A DNA stretch of 64,000 nucleotides, taken from assembly GCA_017513085.1 (NCBI GenBank), contig JAFWDK010000027.1, forward strand, positions 96,001 to 160,000, in the 5' to 3' direction. The stretch is from Clostridiales bacterium (GTDB lineage: Bacteria > Bacillota > Clostridia > Saccharofermentanales > Saccharofermentanaceae). How positions within the stretch are numbered: the stretch's first letter is position 1; each line of letters opens with the position of its first letter. Below are positions 58,010 through 64,000 of the stretch, in pieces. The position numbers and the translations under genes are program-made. Below the pieces are notes generated by a model that saw nothing but the letters and a program-made list of their open reading frames with translations, was not told the DNA's origin and ran no database searches.

Positions 58010-58489
58010 ATGAACTGGGGTATGTTACTGGCATTATTAGGAGCAGGACTGGCAGTTACGACAAACTGTTTCGGCTCGTCCAAAGGTGTAGGAATGGTTG
58101 CGGAGGCTTCTTCTCCGGTCATTGCAGAGGATTCAAGCAAATTCAGTAAGCTTCTGATCCTCATGCTTCTTCCGGGTTCCCAGGGCCTTTATGGTCTGGT
58201 TATCGCAATCCTGACACTGACACAGATCGGTATCCTCGGCGGAACTCCGGTAACGACTTTCTCAAATGGTCTTCTGTACTTCATTTCCTGTCTGCCAATG
58301 GCGATCGGTGGTCTGGTTTCTGCTTTGTTCCAGGCTCGCGTTGCTTTGACAGGTGTTAACCTGATCTCCAAGAGACCTCAGGATTCCGGTAAAGCGGTTA
58401 CTTCCGCTTCTCTCGTTGAGCTCTACGCTCTTCTGAGCCTGGTTACTTCTCTCCTGATGGTCATGAACGTCAGCAGTCTCGGACTGTAA
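58010..58489 (+). CDS. ntpK: V/A-type ATPase subunit K (c), 4-TM, Na+-type motif
   Basis: GSSKGVG, LPGSQGLYG, SA-FQ and VELYA motifs. Confidence 0.93.
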   Translation: MNWGMLLALLGAGLAVTTNCFGSSKGVGMVAEASSPVIAEDSSKFSKLLILMLLPGSQGLYGLVIAILTLTQIGILGGTPVTTFSNGLLYFISCLPMAIGGLVSALFQARVALTGVNLISKRPQDSGKAVTSASLVELYALLSLVTSLLMVMNVSSLGL

Positions 58490-58504
58490 TATTAAGGAGA
58501 ACAT

Positions 58505-59095
58505 ATGGCAGGTATAGATTCCATTATCGACCGGATCTTAAAAGATGCGAGAGAAAGCGCGGATGCTCGTGTAGCCCGTGCGGAGAAAGATGCCGGAAAA
58601 CTGATCGAGAAGAAAAAGGCACAGGCGAAGGAAGAAGAAGCGCGTATGCTCAAGGAGGCCGAGGCGGTTATCGCTTCCCAGGCCAAGCAGCAGCGGGCGA
58701 CTCAGAATACCAAGTCACAGCGCCGTATCCTCACCGAGCGTGTCGCCATGATCGATGAGATCATCGGCGAGGCGAAAAAGCGGATCCGCAATCTCTCTTC
58801 CGAAGAGCGACTGGCTATGGTCAAGAGTTTTGTCCTTTCCAACAGCGAAGGGCAGGACGGCGAACTGATCCTGTCTTCTTCCGATAAGGCAGCTCTCCCG
58901 GGTTCTTTTCTCGGAGAACTATCCAAAGAGACAGGCTCGACGATCACGCTTTCTGATAGGACAGGGGATTTTGAGGCCGGATGTATCCTGATCTGTGGAG
59001 ATTATGAATACAACGGGACACTCGATGCCATTGTCGCTGATAAAGAAAACGAGATCCGCGACACGATCAACCAAGTGCTTTTTGCGAAGAAATAA
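58505..59095 (+). CDS. ntpE: V/A-type ATPase subunit E
   Basis: MAGI--II--I---A N-terminal helix, GCIL and N-T-D-I motifs; operon position. Confidence 0.85.
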   Translation: MAGIDSIIDRILKDARESADARVARAEKDAGKLIEKKKAQAKEEEARMLKEAEAVIASQAKQQRATQNTKSQRRILTERVAMIDEIIGEAKKRIRNLSSEERLAMVKSFVLSNSEGQDGELILSSSDKAALPGSFLGELSKETGSTITLSDRTGDFEAGCILICGDYEYNGTLDAIVADKENEIRDTINQVLFAKK

Positions 59096-59143
59096 GCAAA
59101 AGCCGATAAGACACTACATCGATACGAAAGGATAACGAAGGTC

Positions 59144-60130
59144 ATGGGACCAGGTGTTTCAAAATACGCATATGCCGTTTCCGGTGCGCATGTCTACGAA
59201 AAGTCGTTCTTTACCAAGAGCGATATGGACAAGCTTCTTACCGCGCCTTCTTATGACGCGGTGGTAAGCATGCTCGCGGACCGTGGCTGGCCGATGCCGG
59301 ACGACACCCGTGACAGCGGTAAGATCCTGGATAACGAGATGCAGCGGGCATGGGCATGGGTCAAGGAATCCGCGCCGGATCCGGATCTGTTCTCGGTCCT
59401 GATCCTGAAAAATGATTATCACAATCTGAAAGCCGGCATCAAGTGCCTGCTGAGTGATTTTGATGTGGACCTGCATTTCGTGACACCGAGCAATATCGAT
59501 CCGCAACTCATGAAGGAAGCTATCGAGACACATGATTTCGAGAAACTTCCCGAGCCGTTTGCATCTCTTGGCAAAGAGGTCTACGACCTGCTCGTCCGTA
59601 CGGGTGACGGTCAGTTAGCGGATATTCAGATCGACAGAAAGTGTCTGGACGAGATCTCCAAGGCGGCAAATGCCACCGGTATCGATCTTCTTAAAGAAGA
59701 GATGGAGATCTATACTGCTACAACGAATATCAAGACAGCCTTCCGCGCCATTAAGACCGGAAAAGATTCCGATTTCCTGGAGCGTGCGCTGTCTGACGGA
59801 TGCACCACGGTTTCTAAAGAGAAACTCGTTTCTTGTGCCGCATCCGAAAAGAAAATGGAGGATCTTCTTTCCTACCTGGATTCGACTTCCTACCGTTCGG
59901 GGACTAAATACTTGTCCTCTTCCCCGGCGGAATATGAAAAATGGGTAGACGATAAGATGATCTCTCTTCTTCTGCCGACCCGGCACAGCCCTCTCGGACC
60001 GGAACCGTTGATCGGTTTCTATCTGGGAAAAGAAGCCGAGGTCAGAAATGCAAGGATCATCATGGCCGCGAAGCAGAACGATCTGCCGCTGGACGTGGTT
60101 GCCAAGAGATTAAGGAGGCTGTATGAGTAA
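59144..60130 (+). CDS. ntpC: V/A-type ATPase subunit C (d)
   Basis: DYHNLK, GPEPL-G---KE-E--N-RI and RLRRLY motifs. Confidence 0.9.
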   Translation: MGPGVSKYAYAVSGAHVYEKSFFTKSDMDKLLTAPSYDAVVSMLADRGWPMPDDTRDSGKILDNEMQRAWAWVKESAPDPDLFSVLILKNDYHNLKAGIKCLLSDFDVDLHFVTPSNIDPQLMKEAIETHDFEKLPEPFASLGKEVYDLLVRTGDGQLADIQIDRKCLDEISKAANATGIDLLKEEMEIYTATTNIKTAFRAIKTGKDSDFLERALSDGCTTVSKEKLVSCAASEKKMEDLLSYLDSTSYRSGTKYLSSSPAEYEKWVDDKMISLLLPTRHSPLGPEPLIGFYLGKEAEVRNARIIMAAKQNDLPLDVVAKRLRRLYE

Positions 60131-60440
60131 AATTGCCGCCATGGGCGATAGAGACAGTATATACGGCTTTGCTTCCATCGGACTGGATATCTTTCCTTTG
60201 GACCGTATCGATAATCCGGCGACCACACTTCACAATCTGGCGCAGGGCGAATATGCCGTGATCCTGATTACAGAGTCGTTGGCCAAAAAACTGGAAACAG
60301 AAATAGATAAATACAGCGATAAGCCGCTTCCCGTGATCCTGCCGATCCCGGGCGTGACCGGAAACGAGGGTATGGGTATGAAAGCCATTTCCAAGTCCGT
60401 GGAAAAAGCAGTCGGAAGCGATATTTTGAAAGAACAGTAA
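60123..60440 (+). CDS. ntpG: V/A-type ATPase subunit F
   Basis: KIA-MGD-DS--GF---G and LP-I-PIP...VEKAVG-DI motifs. Confidence 0.9.
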   Translation: MSKIAAMGDRDSIYGFASIGLDIFPLDRIDNPATTLHNLAQGEYAVILITESLAKKLETEIDKYSDKPLPVILPIPGVTGNEGMGMKAISKSVEKAVGSDILKEQ

Positions 60441-60460
60441 GCATTAAAGGAGCGATGAAA

Positions 60461-62227
60461 ATGAGTAAGGGATCGATCGTCAAGGTCTCCGGACCACTGG
60501 TAATTGCAGAAGGCATGCGTGATGCAAACCTTTTCGACGTTGTTCGTGTAAGTAACGAGCGTCTGATCGGCGAGATCATCGAAATGCACGGCGACCGTGC
60601 TTCCATCCAGGTCTACGAGGAAACCGCAGGTCTTAAAGCCGGCGAGCCGGTAGAATCTACAGGTTCTCCTCTTTCCGTAGAACTCGGGCCTGGTCTGATC
60701 GGTGGTATCTTCGATGGTATCCAGAGACCTCTGGAATCCATTATGGAGAAGATTGGAAATAACCTTTCACGTGGTATCGAAGTGCCTTCCCTTTCCCGCG
60801 ATTCCATCTGGAAATTCGAAGCAACCAAGAATGCCGGCGACAGTGTGATCGGTGGCGATACGATCGGTATCGTAAAGGAAACCGAGACCGTTAAGCACAA
60901 GATCCTGGTACCTCCGGGAGTAAGCGGAACCATCGTTTCCATTGCCAGTGGTGAATATAAACTTGAGGATCCGATCGGAAAACTCAGGACAGATAAGGGC
61001 GAAGAGATCCCGTTGATGCTCTATCAGCGTTGGCCGGTACGTAAAGGCCGTCCGTATGTCAAGAAGCATGCCCCGACCATGCCGCTTGTTACCGGACAGC
61101 GAGTCATCGACTGCATGTTCCCGATCGCCAAGGGCGGTGTAGCCGCTATCCCGGGGCCTTTCGGTTCCGGTAAGACCGTTACCCAGCACCAGCTGGCTAA
61201 GTGGGCGCAGGCCGATATCGTCGTCTACATCGGTTGTGGTGAGCGTGGTAACGAGATGACAGACGTTTTGAACGAATTCCCGGAACTCATCGACCCGTAC
61301 ACCGGAGAGAGCTTGATGAAGCGAACCGTACTCATCGCCAACACTTCGGATATGCCGGTTGCAGCTCGTGAGGCTTCCATTTATACAGGTATTACCATTG
61401 CCGAGTATTTCCGTGACATGGGTTACTCCGTAGCTCTCATGGCCGACTCCACTTCCCGTTGGGCAGAGGCGCTCCGTGAGATGTCCGGTCGTCTCGAGGA
61501 AATGCCTGGTGAAGAAGGTTACCCGGCTTACCTCGGTTCCCGACTGGCGCAGTTCTATGAGCGTGCCGGCCGTGTAACGACACTTGGTTCCGAAGGTCTG
61601 GAAGGTTCTCTTTCCGCTATCGGCGCCGTATCTCCTCCGGGTGGTGATATTTCCGAGCCGGTATCCCAGGCTACCCTTCGTATCGTTAAAGTATTCTGGG
61701 GCTTGGATGCAGGTCTTGCTTATAAGCGTCACTTCCCGGCCATCAACTGGCTGACCAGTTATTCGCTTTATACCGATTCTCTCGCAGGATGGTTCGATGA
61801 AAACGTCTCTCCTGAGTGGAACGCGAATCGTGCCCGCATGATGCTCATCCTGCAGGAAGAAGCGGAACTCGAGGAAATCGTAAAACTCGTTGGTATGGAC
61901 GCCCTCTCTTCTACTGACCGTCTGAAGATGGAAGTAGCAAGATCCATTCGTGAGGACTTCCTGCACCAGCTGGCTTTCCATGAAGTCGATACGCATACTT
62001 CATTGAAGAAGCAGGACTACATGATGAAACTGATCCTGGATTACTACGACAAAGCTACCGGCGCACTGGAAATGGGCGCAGGTATCGAAGCTCTGGTTGC
62101 CCTTCCTGTCCGTGAAAAGATCGGACGTTTCAAGTATATTGCCGAAGACGATGCGGAGAATGAATTCATCTCCATCGGCGCGCAGCTCGCTTTTGAACTT
62201 TCCGAGCTGTTTAGTGAGGAGGAATAA
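60461..62227 (+). CDS. ntpA: V/A-type ATPase catalytic subunit A
   Basis: [29 protein letters not shown] and PAINW motifs. Confidence 0.97.
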   Translation: MSKGSIVKVSGPLVIAEGMRDANLFDVVRVSNERLIGEIIEMHGDRASIQVYEETAGLKAGEPVESTGSPLSVELGPGLIGGIFDGIQRPLESIMEKIGNNLSRGIEVPSLSRDSIWKFEATKNAGDSVIGGDTIGIVKETETVKHKILVPPGVSGTIVSIASGEYKLEDPIGKLRTDKGEEIPLMLYQRWPVRKGRPYVKKHAPTMPLVTGQRVIDCMFPIAKGGVAAIPGPFGSGKTVTQHQLAKWAQADIVVYIGCGERGNEMTDVLNEFPELIDPYTGESLMKRTVLIANTSDMPVAAREASIYTGITIAEYFRDMGYSVALMADSTSRWAEALREMSGRLEEMPGEEGYPAYLGSRLAQFYERAGRVTTLGSEGLEGSLSAIGAVSPPGGDISEPVSQATLRIVKVFWGLDAGLAYKRHFPAINWLTSYSLYTDSLAGWFDENVSPEWNANRARMMLILQEEAELEEIVKLVGMDALSSTDRLKMEVARSIREDFLHQLAFHEVDTHTSLKKQDYMMKLILDYYDKATGALEMGAGIEALVALPVREKIGRFKYIAEDDAENEFISIGAQLAFELSELFSEEE

Positions 62228-62230
62228 GAC

Positions 62231-63604
62231 ATGGCCAAAGAATACCGTACTATATCGGAAGTTGCCGGACCGCTGATGATGGTCCGTGGCGTCTCGGACG
62301 TCAGCTATAACGAACTGGGTGAGATCGAGCTCAGTAATGGCGAGAAGCGTCGTTGCCGTGTTCTCGAGATCGACGGCAGCAATGCCCTGGTTCAGCTCTT
62401 CGAGAGTGGCGCCGGCATCAACCTTGCCGACAGTAAGGTAAGATTTTCCGGAAAACAGATGGAACTTCCGGTAAGCAAAGATATGCTGGGCCGTGTTTTC
62501 GATGGTCTTGGCCGTCCGATCGACGATGGTCCGGAGATCATCCCGGAGAAGAGAATGGACGTTAATGGTCTGCCGATGAACCCGGCAGCCAGAAACTTCC
62601 CGAACGAGTTTATCCAGACCGGTGTTTCCGCGATCGATGGTCTGAACACTCTGGTTCGTGGCCAGAAGCTCCCGATCTTCTCTGCTTCCGGTCTTCCGCA
62701 CGCTAACCTTGCTGCGCAGATCGCCCGTCAGGCAAAAGTACGTGGCACCGACGAGAACTTCGCCGTTGTATTCGCCGCTATCGGTATTACGTTTGAGGAA
62801 GCAAACTTCTTCATGGATAGTTTCCGTGAAACCGGCGCGATCGATCGTACTGTTCTCTTTATCAACCTTGCTAACGACCCGGCTGTTGAGCGTATCGCAA
62901 CTCCGCGAATGGCGCTGACTGCTGCTGAATATCTGGCATTTGAACTGGATATGCACGTACTGGTAATCCTTACCGATATCACGAACTACGCCGATGCGCT
63001 CCGTGAGGTTTCCGCCGCACGTAAAGAGGTTCCGGGCCGTCGTGGTTATCCGGGTTACATGTACACCGACCTGGCTTCTCTTTACGAGAGAGCCGGCCGC
63101 CAGAAGGGCAAGAAAGGATCCATCACGATGATCCCGATCCTGACCATGCCTGAGGACGATAAGACCCACCCGATCCCTGACCTTACCGGATACATCACAG
63201 AGGGACAGATCATCCTCTCCCGTGACCTCTACCGTAAGGGCGTCATGCCTCCGATCGATGTTCTCCCTTCCCTTTCCCGTCTGAAAGATAAGGGTATCGG
63301 CGAAGGTAAGACACGTGAGGACCACAGTAACACCATGAACCAGCTCTTCTCCGCTTATGCCCGTGGTAAGGAGGCAAAAGAACTTATGGTCATCCTTGGT
63401 GAGGCGGCTCTTACTGATATGGATAAGCTCTACGCGAAGTTCTCGGATGCTTTTGAAAAAGAATATGTATCCCAGGGCTTCAACAAGGATAGAGATATCG
63501 AGGAGACCCTCGACCTTGGCTGGAAGCTTCTCCGTATCCTCCCGAGATCCGAGCACAAGCGTATCAGCGATAAACTCCTGGATAAGTACTACGACGAGAA
63601 ATAA
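62231..63604 (+). CDS. ntpB: V/A-type ATPase subunit B
   Basis: [31 protein letters not shown] and [15 protein letters not shown] motifs. Confidence 0.97.
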   Translation: MAKEYRTISEVAGPLMMVRGVSDVSYNELGEIELSNGEKRRCRVLEIDGSNALVQLFESGAGINLADSKVRFSGKQMELPVSKDMLGRVFDGLGRPIDDGPEIIPEKRMDVNGLPMNPAARNFPNEFIQTGVSAIDGLNTLVRGQKLPIFSASGLPHANLAAQIARQAKVRGTDENFAVVFAAIGITFEEANFFMDSFRETGAIDRTVLFINLANDPAVERIATPRMALTAAEYLAFELDMHVLVILTDITNYADALREVSAARKEVPGRRGYPGYMYTDLASLYERAGRQKGKKGSITMIPILTMPEDDKTHPIPDLTGYITEGQIILSRDLYRKGVMPPIDVLPSLSRLKDKGIGEGKTREDHSNTMNQLFSAYARGKEAKELMVILGEAALTDMDKLYAKFSDAFEKEYVSQGFNKDRDIEETLDLGWKLLRILPRSEHKRISDKLLDKYYDEK

Positions 63605-63621
63605 GAAAGTGATCTGAAAGA

Positions 63622-64000
63622 ATGGCTACCGCTAATGTAAATCCAACCAGAATGGAACTCACACGCTTGAAGAAGCGTCTGATTACTGCGCGCCGCGGAC
63701 ACAAACTCCTGAAGGACAAGCGTGATGAACTCATGCGTCAGTTCCTCGAAGCCGTCCGCGAAAACAAGCGTGTGCGCCGTGAAGTGGAAGCCAAACTGGA
63801 AGTGGCCAACCAGCACATGTCGGTTGCCCGCTCTCTGATGTCGAACCAGGCGATCTCTGTCGCCATGATGTACCACAAGCAGAGCATGTCTCTGGAAGTG
63901 TCCGAGAAGAACGTCATGAGCGTCAAGGTGCCGGTATTTAAGGCACAGTATAAGACCGCAGATGAAGGCGACATTTATTCGTATGGTTATTCTTTCACGC
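63622..64000 (+). CDS. ntpD: V/A-type ATPase subunit D (partial; runs off right end)
   Basis: Manual translation MATANVNPTRMELTRLKKRLITARRGHKLLKDKRDELM. Confidence 0.93.
   Translation, partial: MATANVNPTRMELTRLKKRLITARRGHKLLKDKRDELMRQFLEAVRENKRVRREVEAKLEVANQHMSVARSLMSNQAISVAMMYHKQSMSLEVSEKNVMSVKVPVFKAQYKTADEGDIYSYGYSFT

Noticed and set aside
60767-63556. 409-aa and 518-aa minus-strand ORFs
   Set aside because: Antisense shadows of conserved V-ATPase subunits A and B.

Overview
Chromosomal segment of a Firmicute (Clostridia-type anaerobe; gene content and style suggest a rumen/gut Oscillospirales or Saccharofermentans-like organism, which is inference only). It is mostly housekeeping and envelope genes on the minus strand: tyrA, an aroE-aroK fusion and aroB; glnA; a Phe T-box ahead of a phenylacetate-CoA ligase; hprK-murB-rapZ-whiA; an EF-G paralog; a CCA enzyme; tRNA-Ala(CGC); an ECF sigma/anti-sigma pair; a minimal SufCB (SMS-type) pair; a BceAB-RS module; and nadA-mnmA. 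A V/A-type ATPase operon on the plus strand runs off the right end. I saw no integrase, transposase, CRISPR array or rRNA. The most unusual signals are: (1) several intact-frame proteins lacking canonical catalytic residues, including a divergently transcribed Fe-ADH-like/GH31-like pair, a CAT-like protein and a NERD-like protein; (2) a macrodomain-HTH fusion directly upstream of a GSI-beta-type glnA, near a vWA gene with a palindrome at about -42; (3) a tandemly duplicated YdjG-like Zn-ribbon plus mini membrane protein module; (4) an 806-aa Zn-ribbon coiled-coil protein with a 29-residue repeat; (5) an orphan type IV pilin-like protein with a Pro/Thr linker and helically phased upstream tracts. 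All family assignments come from motif recognition by eye, not database searches.
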